Shown: positions 1 to 10,096, counted from the stretch's first letter. The stretch is DNA of 64,000 nucleotides from Gemmatimonadota bacterium (GCA_002727195.1 PBWH01000023.1:72268-136267); one strand, 5' to 3'. Notes: generated by a model from the letters alone, not told the origin. Program-made: numbers and translations.

Positions 1-128
1 AAACAGATGTGCAAACGTGTGATTCCTTCTATGGACATAAGTGATTGTAGATACAAGAGAACCGAAAGCCGGGAGTGCTGGCAGGGGTTATGCAACAGCA
101 CGAAGGTGAACCCTTGCCAGGAGGAAGA

Positions 129-482
129 ATGGGCCCAGAGGAACTGCAGGAGAGACTGATTGATATGGCAGTTGCGGTGGGAGCGATCACCAATGCCCTG
201 CCGAGGACCAAATTCGGCCGACAGATTGGCAACCAACTCGTGAGGTGTGGAACTTCACCTATGGCCAACTACGCTGAGGCGTGTGGGTCGGAGAGCAAGA
301 AAGATTTCATCCACAAGCTCGGAATCTGTCTCAAGGAGCTCAGAGAAACGCGAGTCTGGTTGCGGATGGTCCTGAAATCGCAGCAGGTGACTGATTCGAA
401 GGTTGGCGTCTTATACGATGAGGTCGATCAGCTGAGACGCATCATAGGCAAGTCCATCACGACAGCAAGAAGCCGAAGGTAA
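129..482 (+). CDS. four-helix-bundle protein (23S rRNA intervening-sequence protein family, TIGR02436 / PF05635-like)
   Basis: ORF 75..482. AGGAGG lies 6 nt upstream of the in-frame ATG at 129. The segment LVRCGTSPMANYAEA...KDFIHKLGICLKELRETRVWLRM matches the family hallmarks. Stop is TAA. Confidence 0.8.
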   Translation: MGPEELQERLIDMAVAVGAITNALPRTKFGRQIGNQLVRCGTSPMANYAEACGSESKKDFIHKLGICLKELRETRVWLRMVLKSQQVTDSKVGVLYDEVDQLRRIIGKSITTARSRR

Positions 483-525
483 CCAATGGGAATTGGCTAA
501 TGGCTATTGGGGAATGGTCAATGCT

Positions 526-2451
526 TCATTGCCTTACAAAGATCTGTTCGTGCGTGAGGGGGCGTCCCCATGCGCCGTGGGTTTCGCCGAACGAGACATC
601 CTCGGGAATATTACCGAGCCGGTTGTTCGCCCCCCAGACTCGGTAGGCAGCGCCGAGTGGGATGGCGGGGATCTCGTTCGTGTGGAGATCCCGAGCTATG
701 ATCATGTATTTGCGGAGCGTATCCGGATCAGTGGTGGTTGCGGCGAGTTCCATGGCTCTCGTAGCCTCGTGAAGCCACGGTGGGCCTTCTTCGCCGGCTT
801 TCGGATGCCAGTAGGGTTGGTTGGGACCCGTGATCGCCCACTCGAACCGATCCTGAAGCGGGTCGTCGGCGCCGTCATACCACCAGTAGTGCACCTCGAA
901 TTCACCGCTGTAACGGCGTGGTACGATGATGTCGCGGAGCGCCGCAAAGGTGTTCGCCTTGATGCCGATGTCGGCCCAGTGCTAGGTGACGAGTTCGGTG
1001 ATGTCTCTCGTCCCGCCCGCACTTACGATGTCCATGGTGAATTCGAAAGGGCTGCCATCCGGGAACTCACGGACGCCATCGCCATCCGTATCGCGATATC
1101 CCGCTCCCTCTAGCAAATCACGGGCCCGATCGGGATCGTATTCCGAGTTTCGCTTGAAGTGTTTCTCCGAGTAAAATGGGCTGGGCGGGTAGAACGAATG
1201 GCCTGCGGGGACCATGAACCCGTAAAAAAGCAACTGGCTGATTTCCTCGCGATTCAGTCCGATCGACATGGCCACCCGGACGTCCCGGTTCCGGAAGGCC
1301 TGGCGGACCATCGGGTCGGGCGCGTCCCAATTCAGGTAGAAGACCTGCGCGGGGGTCGGTCCTGAGAGGTGTACCGTGAAGTTTCCGGTCTCCCGTTCCG
1401 CCTGCTTGAGGGTCTGGAACATGTCGATCTGGGAATAGCGCCCGAACAGATCGAGCTCGCCGTTCATGAACTTCAGCAGGATGACCTGTTTCTCGGGGAT
1501 GACGGTGAACTCCAGGTTATCCACGTATGGCAGCTGGTTGCCCGCGGTATCCACCTTCCAGTAGTAAGGGTTCCTCTCGTAGACAACGCGTTGTCCACGA
1601 ACCCACTGTACGGGACGCCATGCGGCGAGTGTCGGGTTGCCTTCCGTATACAGAAACTGCGCACGGGTGGCGCGCTGCCGAAACTCCTCGTAGGTCGCGT
1701 TCGGGTTGTGTCGTGGGTGCCACTTCCCGTAGACGTGAAGTGGCAGGGCGAAGATATCGTGGCTGGCCAACCCGTAGAGGATCCGACCCATGGGTTTGTC
1801 CGCCGAGAACTTTAAGGTCAGGTCGTCGACCTTTTCGAGCTCGATCGGTTTGCCCCCCACCTGGTAGGCCGATGGGATGACGGAGCGGTCGAGAGGGCGC
1901 CCATCGTCGTCGAACAGCAGATCGTTGTAGAAGAAGAGCACGTCGTCTGCCGTGAAGGGATGACCGTCTGACCATCGAATGCCTTCCCGGATGTAAACGT
2001 AGAGTTCTCTTCCACCGTCCTTGAATTCCCACCGTTCGGCCAGGTTCGGCTCGATCGAGTCACCCATCGGATGGGAGAAGGTGAGCAGACCCTCGTCCTT
2101 CGCCTTCATGGTGGCAGGGACCTGGACGATGTCGCCGGTGATCGCGCGACGGATGCGGCCGCCATACGTTCCGATTTCCTTGAACGGTATGATGACCCGG
2201 GGATTCGGCGGCAGTCGGTCCGATACGGGAGGCAGCAAGCCCGCGTTGACCTCCCGGTCCCACATAGGAGACTGGGTGAACGCGCGTGATGCGAGGATGG
2301 CCGGATCGATCGCCATCGGCGCTCGCGTCTGATTGATGTCGAAGGTGAGCGCGGTCGAGGATGGACCGGTCCTGTCGGTGTCCTCCGGGGGATCGGCGGG
2401 CATACAGCCCAGACCGAAGGCGAGGAGAAGGATGTTAGTCCTGTTTGCCAA
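526..2451 (-). pseudogene. ABC transporter substrate-binding protein, family 5 (peptide/oligosaccharide type), interrupted by one in-frame TAG
   Basis: ORFs 982..2523 and 526..894 are in the same frame and are separated only by TAG at 982-984 (...TRDITELVT-TAG-HWADIGIKANTFAAL...). The combined protein is a full-length SBP_bac_5-like sequence. The N-terminus ANRTNILLLAFGLGC looks like a lipoprotein signal; the likely start is TTG at 2451. The longest ORF start, 2523, overlaps nfsA. Confidence 0.75.
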
Positions 2452-3196
2452 AGCCCTGTGACTTGAGGAAGACGTCCAGGTCCGAACGCCCGTGGAAGCG
2501 GCCGACGCGGCCGGACATGACACGTGTCCATCGCGGATCGCGATTGTGCATGCCCTGCTCGTTGTAGAAATCGATCATGGCCTGGTCGTAGGTCTCCATG
2601 TGGACGTGCATCGCATCGTCGTTGAGGTAGCGATCCCGGTGGAGGATGGCAGCCTGTGGTAGCCTTGGCTTGATGGTCGTGGGGTGTTCGGGGTCGGGGT
2701 ATCCGATACACAGACCCGATACAGCGAAGACGTGATCGGGGAGCTCGAGCAGTTCGCCGACCTGGATCGGGTTGTTGCGGATCGCCCCGATCATGCAGAT
2801 GCCGAGTCCGTGCGATTCGGCGGCTATGGAGATATTCTGCATGACGAGCGCCGCATCAACAGCGGCGATCATAACGGCTTCGATGTAGGCATCATCGAAT
2901 CGCTCGCCGTCGTGCATGTCGAAGGCCAGGCGATCGCGGTGCAGATCGGCGCACACGGCCAGGAATGCCGCACTCTGTTCGATCTGAAGCTGGTCCGCGC
3001 ACAGTTCGACCATCTTCGCCTTCCTGTCAGGATCGGTGACGTGGATGATCGAGTAGGCCTGGAGGTTGCTCGAGGTGCTGGCCTTCTGACCGCAGGCGAT
3101 CAGCTCTTCGAGCAGACCGTCCGGGAGCGGCTGATCGGTGTAGCGGCGGACAGAGCGATGGGAGAGGAGGAGGTCGGTGGTCGGGTTTGGCATCAT
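2435..3196 (-). CDS. nfsA: oxygen-insensitive NADPH nitroreductase / flavin reductase (NfsA/FRP family)
   Basis: ORF 2435..3262. MMPNPTTDLLLSHRSVRRYTDQPL...QKASTSSNLQAYSIIHVTD...FLAVCADLHR matches the NfsA N-terminal pattern. Start is probably ATG 3196 or 3193, with GGAG upstream. Stop is TAA. Confidence 0.8.
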   Translation of the reverse strand: MMPNPTTDLLLSHRSVRRYTDQPLPDGLLEELIACGQKASTSSNLQAYSIIHVTDPDRKAKMVELCADQLQIEQSAAFLAVCADLHRDRLAFDMHDGERFDDAYIEAVMIAAVDAALVMQNISIAAESHGLGICMIGAIRNNPIQVGELLELPDHVFAVSGLCIGYPDPEHPTTIKPRLPQAAILHRDRYLNDDAMHVHMETYDQAMIDFYNEQGMHNRDPRWTRVMSGRVGRFHGRSDLDVFLKSQGFGKQD

Positions 3197-3251
3197 CAAC
3201 TCCAGAGTTGGCACAACGGTCCCTTGATACGCTTTCTGCCGCCTTTTGGCG

Positions 3252-3294
3252 ACAGAAAGCACTCCTGCCTCCGCTGAAGCTGCGGCAAGGCAGG
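3252..3294 (+). repeat. partial copy of the dispersed element seen at 29709..29914; contains a 7-bp hairpin
   Basis: gaaagcactcctgcctCCGCTGAAGCTGCGGCaaggcagg shares a 15-nt identical core (CGCTGAAGCTGCGGC) and flanking similarity with 29713-29740. CCTGCCT (3264-3270) pairs with AGGCAGG (3288-3294). It lies just 3' of the DUF3604 gene, so it may also act as its terminator. Confidence 0.35.
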
Positions 3295-3310
3295 TGGGAT
3301 GAACGGCCCC

Positions 3311-5512
3311 TCACCGTGAAACGTATATAGGTGAGGTCCAGGCGCGGTGGCGGTCGGTTTGGGTGATCCGGACCCAGTAGGCGTGTTCGCCTGCAAGGGG
3401 ATCAGGGTCTGTGAATGTCTCGGATACAGATAGGGGCGTGTCGTCAGAAGGTGCAAGGGAGAGTTCGATACGGCGCTCAACTCCGCCCGCCTCGTGGACC
3501 CGGTGATCGTGAAAGTCGGCCGTGGTGCACGTGAAAGAGCAAATGTCCGTCGATACATCAATAGTCGCGTTGTCGTCGGCGAGGAAGGTGAAGCCCATGT
3601 CGTTGCCGGCTGTCGCGAGCGACCAGTCAGCACTCCTGGCGTTAGCCGTGACTGTGTTGAGCGGGCACTGAAACCCGACGGGCTGGACATCGCTGATCGT
3701 CCCACCTGATACGGCCATCCGGCCATCCCAGATCTGACGTTGTGCGGCAGCCGTGCCTTCTTCCCGTGAGCCGCCGAACAGGATGCGATAACGATTCAGG
3801 TCATCCTCGACCAGCCTTCTCGATTCAATCAACTCTGTATCCCTGAAGAAGTCGGTCCTCTCGATCCCGGTCGTTCCTTCGCACGACACTTCTAGGGCGA
3901 TTGGCCCATCTCCTGACAGCTCGCTTCCCGCAGGAAGCCCACCGATCTTCACGTCCACGAGGATCCGGGCGCCCGTGGTGCCGTAGCAGTGCCGGGCGAA
4001 GAAGGCATCTCTTACCGCTCGTTGCGTCAGCGATGATGCGGATACGGCGGTCAGTCCGTTGCGGACATTTCGGGTAACGCGTCTGCCCGATCCGCACGCT
4101 CCGGGGCGTCCCATGACCCCGTCCGTCCCCGCTGTGACGCCGACCCTGTAGCCGCGACGAATGGCATCGAACAGGAACCATTCGGAGGTCGCGTGGGTGG
4201 AGTGTACTTCGAAGAGCGGTTCGATTTCGGGGGCGTGCCACTGGAGGTTTGTCGGGCGTCCACCGACGTGCAGGTTGAGAAGGACGTCTTCCTTTTTGAA
4301 GACGTCGAGGAACTCAGGAGCGCGATTGAGGTCCGGCTCGGGATCGGGCGCTGGTTCCAGGAAGAATCGATCGGAGCGCCGCATACGCGGTTCGTCACTC
4401 ATATATGTGACGTTCCGATCACCGCCATCGTTCGTATATGGGCTCCACTCGCACCCGAGGTAGGCGAGAAATGATCCTTCCTCGTCGTATCGCGGGGTGA
4501 CTTCGCGAACGTGTTCCCAGATGGCTGTCGTGACGTAGTGATCGTTCGCTTGCTGCGAGGCGAACTGCAGCCCGGCGACATCGCGGGCATAGGCGTAGTG
4601 GTGGTCGAGAGAACCGGCCCCGCAGCCGATCTCGCTCTGACCGGCGTGTAAATCACCCCAGTACGTCCTTTGTGCCGGTGCCGATTCGGTGACGCGCGTC
4701 GGGTTGGACAGGCAGGAGAATCCATCTCCGACGGCTGAGATGCGGTGGACCCCGGGGGCGGACCAGGTGACGGGATATTCCCAGACCGGGTAGCGCGGAC
4801 ACGCGACAGGCGCGCCGATGTTCACGCCGTCGCACTTGAGGTGTGGAGGCTCGATGGGTGTCGCGTTCTCCCACGCGTCAACGGCTCGAACCCTTACCGT
4901 CGCTTGTTCACCGACATATCCATCTGCTGGAGCAATCGCGATCAGCCGATCTGGCTCGCCCGGGAGAATCTTGAATCGGGGTGGGTCAACGAGCCGGATC
5001 CAGTCGTTCGTTCCTTCCGGGTTGATGGCTACGAGAAAGTAGCCGTCATTGGTCGCGAAGGTTGGGGACGCCCATTCGGAACAGGCGATCGAGAAGGCGT
5101 CACCCTCGCGGGGCGAGCCCGACGCGATCCGGACGTCGATATCGTGATGCCAAGGGTTCAGGTCGCCGCGGTGTTCGTAGACGGCCTCGCCTGTTACACC
5201 AGCTGGGAAATGCGCTACAAGGTGGTTTGGAGCCCCGGGGTCCTGCTGTTGCAGGTCGGCCCAGTCGAACGGCCATCGCCAGGCCAGGCGAATCCGGGCC
5301 CCGTCTCCCAGTGGCGTTTCTCCCACCGTGACCCTGAATCGGACGTTGACCGACTCGCCGGCGACAATGGTGTCGGGCATGTCGACAGCTACGGACCCGT
5401 GACTACTCAGTCGTTCGGGATCGGAGAGGTCGCTATGGTGGTGGACACGACCCTTGTCGGGCTCGCCCGTCCAGACCGAGGCTGCGATCAGGTCGCAATC
5501 GGGGCGATTCAT
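3311..5512 (-). CDS. DUF3604-family protein (PHP-like metal-dependent hydrolase fold) with an N-terminal beta-sandwich region
   Basis: ORF 3311..5539. It contains the DUF3604 hallmark YWGDLHAGQSE...DHHYAYARD...FASQQANDH. The likely start ATG at 5512 overlaps the upstream stop as ATGA. No signal peptide. Confidence 0.75.
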   Translation of the reverse strand: MNRPDCDLIAASVWTGEPDKGRVHHHSDLSDPERLSSHGSVAVDMPDTIVAGESVNVRFRVTVGETPLGDGARIRLAWRWPFDWADLQQQDPGAPNHLVAHFPAGVTGEAVYEHRGDLNPWHHDIDVRIASGSPREGDAFSIACSEWASPTFATNDGYFLVAINPEGTNDWIRLVDPPRFKILPGEPDRLIAIAPADGYVGEQATVRVRAVDAWENATPIEPPHLKCDGVNIGAPVACPRYPVWEYPVTWSAPGVHRISAVGDGFSCLSNPTRVTESAPAQRTYWGDLHAGQSEIGCGAGSLDHHYAYARDVAGLQFASQQANDHYVTTAIWEHVREVTPRYDEEGSFLAYLGCEWSPYTNDGGDRNVTYMSDEPRMRRSDRFFLEPAPDPEPDLNRAPEFLDVFKKEDVLLNLHVGGRPTNLQWHAPEIEPLFEVHSTHATSEWFLFDAIRRGYRVGVTAGTDGVMGRPGACGSGRRVTRNVRNGLTAVSASSLTQRAVRDAFFARHCYGTTGARILVDVKIGGLPAGSELSGDGPIALEVSCEGTTGIERTDFFRDTELIESRRLVEDDLNRYRILFGGSREEGTAAAQRQIWDGRMAVSGGTISDVQPVGFQCPLNTVTANARSADWSLATAGNDMGFTFLADDNATIDVSTDICSFTCTTADFHDHRVHEAGGVERRIELSLAPSDDTPLSVSETFTDPDPLAGEHAYWVRITQTDRHRAWTSPIYVSR

Positions 5513-6804
5513 ACCAGGAGCGTCCCGGCTGGCACGCACATGACGTTGGTCCGGATCTCAGACCGCAATTCCTTACCGGGTTCGCCGTGCGTGTAGAGGA
5601 TCATTGGTTGATCGACAGGATGGTGGGGGCCTGGTCTGGATATGGAGGGTAACCAGTTGGCCAGCGCCGGATCGGGTGTGCTGATCGGGCTGCCCTCGAA
5701 CGATTGCCCCCCGTCGGTGGAACGCAGGTAGAAGACCTCACTCGATGCGTGTCCCCAGTGTCTCTCGTCCGCGATCTGTGACGGCTGGACGGTGGTGACG
5801 ACCAGGTGCAGGTGGTCCTGCGTGTCGACCGTCATCATCGCCTCGACGGGACAGGCGTTCTCGGGAAGGTGCGTTTCCAATCGGATGGTGTCCCATCCCG
5901 TGTCCAGCCAGCGATTCAGCCAGATCCCGTCGTTCTCCAGGCCCGGGTTGAGCGTGACCGCCCAGAGCGTACCCACCGAGTCCAGCGTGATGTTGTACAC
6001 GTAGATATTAGCGTCCAGCGGTGGAATCGCGATTCGGTGGTCATACATCGCGGGGGTGTGCACCTGCTCACCTGCCAGCGTTGTCCAGGTGTCGCCTAGG
6101 TCTGTCGATTTCAGGACGCCCGCACCATACGAGCGCATGCGTGACCGATCTCCCGTGACCGGTGTGTTGTCGGTCCCGCCGATGTTGTAGAAGTGCGTGG
6201 CGGTATAGAGCGTGTCGTCCGGTCCGCACGTGATGTGACCGTAGTGGTGGGTGTATTGTGGTGAGATGTCCTGACCGAACAGCGCCCTGGCAGAGGTCCA
6301 TCCGCCGTTGGGTCGCTGGAGGTGGAACATCGTCTGGGGAGGATGCTCACCGCCACGACAAACGACGGCATCCAGACCCTGTCCCGTGTGGACGATCGAT
6401 GCCCCGGTCGCGTTGTAGCCGAAAGCATACCGTGATGCGTCATAGCCATCACCGGGTTCCTGCCACGCGTCCAGGCAGTTCGGGTTCAGGGATCGCGTCC
6501 ACTGTACGCGTGCCTGTTTCCAGTCTCCCGACCAACCGTGGGGTCCATAGGTCAGCCGGATGTGACCGTCTGCATCGGCGGTGATGCACGGGCAGGTATG
6601 GTTATCACAGCCGTCGCCGATCCGAATGATATCGGACCACGTATCGGATGCGTGGTCGTAGGTCCGCCCGCATACGGTGGTCACGGCGTCGAGCCAGACG
6701 ATGTGGGTGCGATCCCCGAGGGTCAGCACTTTGTTCGACCACGTGTAGGCGGTCGCACGCGTGGAACCGGTGGTCGAGAGGCAGAATGAGTCTGGTTGTT
6801 TCAC
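5509..6804 (-). CDS. BNR/Asp-box repeat beta-propeller protein (sialidase-like, BNR_4-like)
   Basis: ORF 5509..6804. Asp-box motifs STDLGDTW and STDGGQSF are present. The GTG start overlaps the GGCT stop as GTGA. Stop is TGA. Confidence 0.65.
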   Translation of the reverse strand: MKQPDSFCLSTTGSTRATAYTWSNKVLTLGDRTHIVWLDAVTTVCGRTYDHASDTWSDIIRIGDGCDNHTCPCITADADGHIRLTYGPHGWSGDWKQARVQWTRSLNPNCLDAWQEPGDGYDASRYAFGYNATGASIVHTGQGLDAVVCRGGEHPPQTMFHLQRPNGGWTSARALFGQDISPQYTHHYGHITCGPDDTLYTATHFYNIGGTDNTPVTGDRSRMRSYGAGVLKSTDLGDTWTTLAGEQVHTPAMYDHRIAIPPLDANIYVYNITLDSVGTLWAVTLNPGLENDGIWLNRWLDTGWDTIRLETHLPENACPVEAMMTVDTQDHLHLVVTTVQPSQIADERHWGHASSEVFYLRSTDGGQSFEGSPISTPDPALANWLPSISRPGPHHPVDQPMILYTHGEPGKELRSEIRTNVMCVPAGTLLV

Positions 6805-7289
6805 GCGTAGATGGCGAGTTCCCTTTCCCGGCGACCGGAATCGGGGTCCTTGTGTGTGGTCGTTGCTTCGATGGTTGAGATGTAGTCCGGGGGGAATCCT
6901 TGTTCCCGAGCGCCAATCAGAACGTGCTGGAGATACCAGGCATACGGTTTGATCGACGGATCAACGTCGAGGGCGATATAGGTGGTGGCATTAAGTGTTG
7001 ATCTGTCGGCGAGCGTGACGACGACGTCTTCCTGGCGATAGCCGGAACCCAGTCCCTCGATGCGATCCAGGATTTCCTTTTCAGAATCGTCGATGTCGTA
7101 GACGACCCCGATCACCGTTTCGCCCGGCGAGGGACATACATCTCCCTTGCCGGATCCGTCTCGGCTCACCTTGTGGAAGGCGAGCCGATAGTCCTTCAGG
7201 CTGGCGACGCCAATGACATCGGCAGCAATGCGGGATCGAATCCTGCGGGTCGAGAGGTTGGACCCGTAGGCGAAGTAGCGGATCCCGAT
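6801..7289 (-). CDS. gamma-glutamylcyclotransferase-like protein (GGCT/AIG2-like); start codon unresolved
   Basis: The track ORF 6801..7169 starts at an internal GTG. The conserved N-terminal motif (IRYFAYGSNLSTRRIRSRI...) lies upstream in the same frame. There is no ATG, GTG or TTG between it and the TAG (7293-7295) of the upstream gene. Candidate ATC starts are at 7289 and 7283, with GAAGGGG 8 nt upstream. Confidence 0.6.
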   Translation of the reverse strand: MGIRYFAYGSNLSTRRIRSRIAADVIGVASLKDYRLAFHKVSRDGSGKGDVCPSPGETVIGVVYDIDDSEKEILDRIEGLGSGYRQEDVVVTLADRSTLNATTYIALDVDPSIKPYAWYLQHVLIGAREQGFPPDYISTIEATTTHKDPDSGRRERELAIYA

Positions 7290-7292
7290 TGC

Positions 7293-8780
7293 CTATACCC
7301 CTTCGACCACAGTCGCGGCGGACGCCTTCTCGTTCGGAGACACGCGAGGAGCTTTGCCGCTTGCTGTGGTCAGGTGCTTCACGATGACCTTCTTGCACGG
7401 TTCATACGGATAGGGACGCTCATCAGGGAGTTCCTCCTCCGCGCCCGTGTCGGGATCCGCGAAGAAATACATGCCGTCGTAATCGTCGGGTGTGTTGGTG
7501 TCTTCCACGGTCAGGCCGTCAATGACGACCTCTTCGGGCATGAAGCAGGGATAGCCAAAGTCGTGCATGCCGTCATTGGTGGTGTTGATCATTTGTGGCG
7601 TGGTTTCTTCACCACACGCTGGGATCCACCGACAATTCTTGATCGCCACGTTCCCTTCCCACGTGCTGCCATAGTCACGGCGGAAGCTGATCAACGAGCC
7701 GCCGTATAGCGTCGAGTCTTCAAGTACGAGCTTGCCGCGCCCGATGGCGTTCAGACCCATGTGGCCGAGGTTGCAGCGCCGGATCACGTAGGTGCCAGAG
7801 ACGCCCATGTGTGTGTCCATGCGGGAGAGCGTGCAGTCTTCGAGCAAGATGTCCTTGCAGAAGTTCGAGCCGATGACGCCCCATCGCGAGCGATCGGTGA
7901 TCAGGTTCTGGCGGCATCCGATCATCGTGAATCCGACCACGTTGTTCGCGTTGTAGTCGTAGGTCCCCATGCTCACCGGCTTACCCGCCGCGCCAATCGT
8001 CTGGTAGATCTTGTGTCCGGACGCGAAACAGTCACGGAGGGTGATCCGGGCGCACTTCCGGGCGCTGATGAAGCCGGAGTACGGGCAGCCAACGTCCGTT
8101 TCGCCTACCACATAGTGGATCAGGCCGTTGACCTCGGTGTTCGACCGGTTGATGACGATGTTGCGCGACCAGTAGTTGTAGCCGTTCGGGTGATGCTCAC
8201 GGTTGGCGTAGGTCGTGAAGACGCCGCCGCTGATGACCAGGGTTTCCGGATCGATGGCGTGCGCTTCGATGTTCGTGATTTCGGGGTACTCCCAGTCGAT
8301 GTCTCCTTCGATCGAGCCGTCGGTCTGGAGGATGAAGGCATCGTGCTGAGGGGCGCCGCTGTTCTGGTTCAACCCGCGGCGGATATACACGCGCTTCTGA
8401 TCATACTCAGCCACGACGAAGCAGTCCTGATGGGGACGCACGTCGAGCTGCTTCTGGTCGCGGGTCAGAGTGTCGAACTGGATGTCGACGGGGTCGAGGA
8501 GTGAGCGGACCTGAAACAGGGCTGCCTTGTGATCTTCAACCGCATCCTGGTCAGAATCGTCAATCGTGAATCGGGACGTGTTCCAGTCCGTACTGGTACT
8601 GATGATGGCTGTGAGCGCCCGGTATCCAAGGTGGTATGTGACGCCCGGCTTCGAACGCACCGGTAAGCCGTGCTCATTCGCGTAGGCGTGCGCGTCCACC
8701 ATGGCCGGCAAGTCGTCGGCGACACCATCTCCCTTGGCGCCGAAGGACTCGTAATTCACTACTCCGTCTGGGAATTCCAT
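7293..8780 (-). CDS. right-handed beta-helix protein with Pectate_lyase_3-type N-terminus (putative glycan hydrolase/lyase)
   Basis: ORF 7293..8780. The N-terminus NYESFGAKGDGVADDLPAMVDAHAYANEHG matches the Pectate_lyase_3 / tailspike-like signature. No signal peptide. Stop is TAG. Confidence 0.7.
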   Translation of the reverse strand: MEFPDGVVNYESFGAKGDGVADDLPAMVDAHAYANEHGLPVRSKPGVTYHLGYRALTAIISTSTDWNTSRFTIDDSDQDAVEDHKAALFQVRSLLDPVDIQFDTLTRDQKQLDVRPHQDCFVVAEYDQKRVYIRRGLNQNSGAPQHDAFILQTDGSIEGDIDWEYPEITNIEAHAIDPETLVISGGVFTTYANREHHPNGYNYWSRNIVINRSNTEVNGLIHYVVGETDVGCPYSGFISARKCARITLRDCFASGHKIYQTIGAAGKPVSMGTYDYNANNVVGFTMIGCRQNLITDRSRWGVIGSNFCKDILLEDCTLSRMDTHMGVSGTYVIRRCNLGHMGLNAIGRGKLVLEDSTLYGGSLISFRRDYGSTWEGNVAIKNCRWIPACGEETTPQMINTTNDGMHDFGYPCFMPEEVVIDGLTVEDTNTPDDYDGMYFFADPDTGAEEELPDERPYPYEPCKKVIVKHLTTASGKAPRVSPNEKASAATVVEGV

Positions 8781-8910
8781 GTCTTTCCTCTGATGGGTTT
8801 CGATTCTGCAAGAGCGACGAAGATACGCGCGCTCTGGCTGTGTGACAACCTGGCGCGACCGATCTCTGAATATCCTCCCGTTACCATCGCGACCTTGCCG
8901 TCCAGATTTG

Positions 8911-9371
8911 TCAGGAAGCCCTCATCACCTCACGAATTTTGGCAGCCTGATCCGCTCGGACCGCGTCCTCTACCCGCTGGCGTTTCGCCCCGTAAAGCCC
9001 ATCCGAATCATACCTCGGAAAGACGTGTGTGTGGTAATGCCAGACGTCCTGGCCGCCGGCTGGCTCGTTGTGCTGGCGCGTGGAGATTTCCGGACAGTCG
9101 AATGCGATCAGCGCCTGCGCGATTACCTAGATGGCTTCCTGGATCGGGATGTCCAGACTCGAGGGCAACGAATACAGATTCTCGATGTGCTCGTTGGGGA
9201 TGACGATAACGTGTCCCGGGTTGTTCGGCCACTGGTGGGATCCGACAAAGGCGGTGACGCTATCGGTCCTCAGGACGACGGCCGCTTTTTTGTACCGACA
9301 TCCGGCCGCTCCTCGCCGCAGACAATCGCGCAGAATGGACACTTGTACGGATCTGGCGGGTGATGCCTCAT
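8911..9371 (-). pseudogene. HIT-family hydrolase, disrupted (one frameshift plus one in-frame TAG)
   Basis: DPYKCPFCAIVCGEE (frame of ORF 9270..9455) continues after a frameshift in a T6/A6 run (9286-9291) as AVVLRTDSVTAFVGSHQWPNNPGHVIVIPNEHIENLY. Then comes TAG at 9127-9129, followed by VIAQAL...AGGQDVWHYHTHVFPRYD (the HxHxH histidine triad), ending at TGA 8911. Confidence 0.75.
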
Positions 9372-9676
9372 CGACCTCTCCAAACGGGTTAGACCTGAAC
9401 GCAAGCACATCAACCTTGTGATGTGGGAGCGACTCTCGCAAGCCGCAATACCCATTCCTAATCAGGATGCATTGCAACCGACAGGATGGTCCTCACACGA
9501 TACCGTAAGAGACCGTCCTTGATTCGGGAACTGCATACACCGTGTTTATCATACTGAAAAACAGTTGGTTACGGGTTTTCAGGTGCTTGGGGTACGTAAA
9601 TCAAAAACCTTGGTGGACGTCTGATCACTCACCATAGCGTGATAGCGTGAACTACAGGCGGTTTCCAGGGGGGTCA

Positions 9677-10096
9677 ATGCCGGGTCAACCAACCACGGCT
9701 ACCGACTACCGAAATAAGGTGCTCGTGCTCTGGTTTTTCGGCTAAGATTGTACTGGCTGTCTGGCTGCGGCTCCGGGGTTGGAGATCGAGATGCACCAGC
9801 GGAAACGCGACGAGGATCTCCAGATTCTCGGACTTGACATCTGGAACGGCTCCGCGGCTCAACTCACGACCTTCCAGACTACGACCGGTGCTACGATGCC
9901 GATGCTTCAGCAGGCCGGGAATCCCGTGTATCCGCTCGGGATGGACGTCTCCACGATCGCCGTCGTTGACAAGGAAGGGATTGTGCGTGGGCTCTATGGT
10001 GAAGAGGACCACGTCCAGGTTAACGCCAGGGTCGACTTGATCTTCGCGCAGGCGCCGCTGGCTGAAACCCGCCCACCTCACTCTATTACGGGATGA
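9677..10096 (+). pseudogene. thioredoxin-fold (TlpA/redoxin-like) protein with an in-frame TAA two codons before its CxxC motif
   Basis: Reading upstream of ORF 9779..10096 in the same frame gives ...TDYRNKVLVLWFFG-TAA(9743-9745)-DCTGCLAAAPGLEIEMHQ... This is a typical redoxin layout with a CTGC active site. Candidate starts are ATG 9677 and GTG 9647. Confidence 0.6.

Noticed and set aside
129-482. Diversity-generating retroelement, suggested by the Avd-like four-helix-bundle gene
   Set aside because: No reverse transcriptase, template repeat or variable repeat is visible. The gene is immediately followed by a convergent SBP gene.
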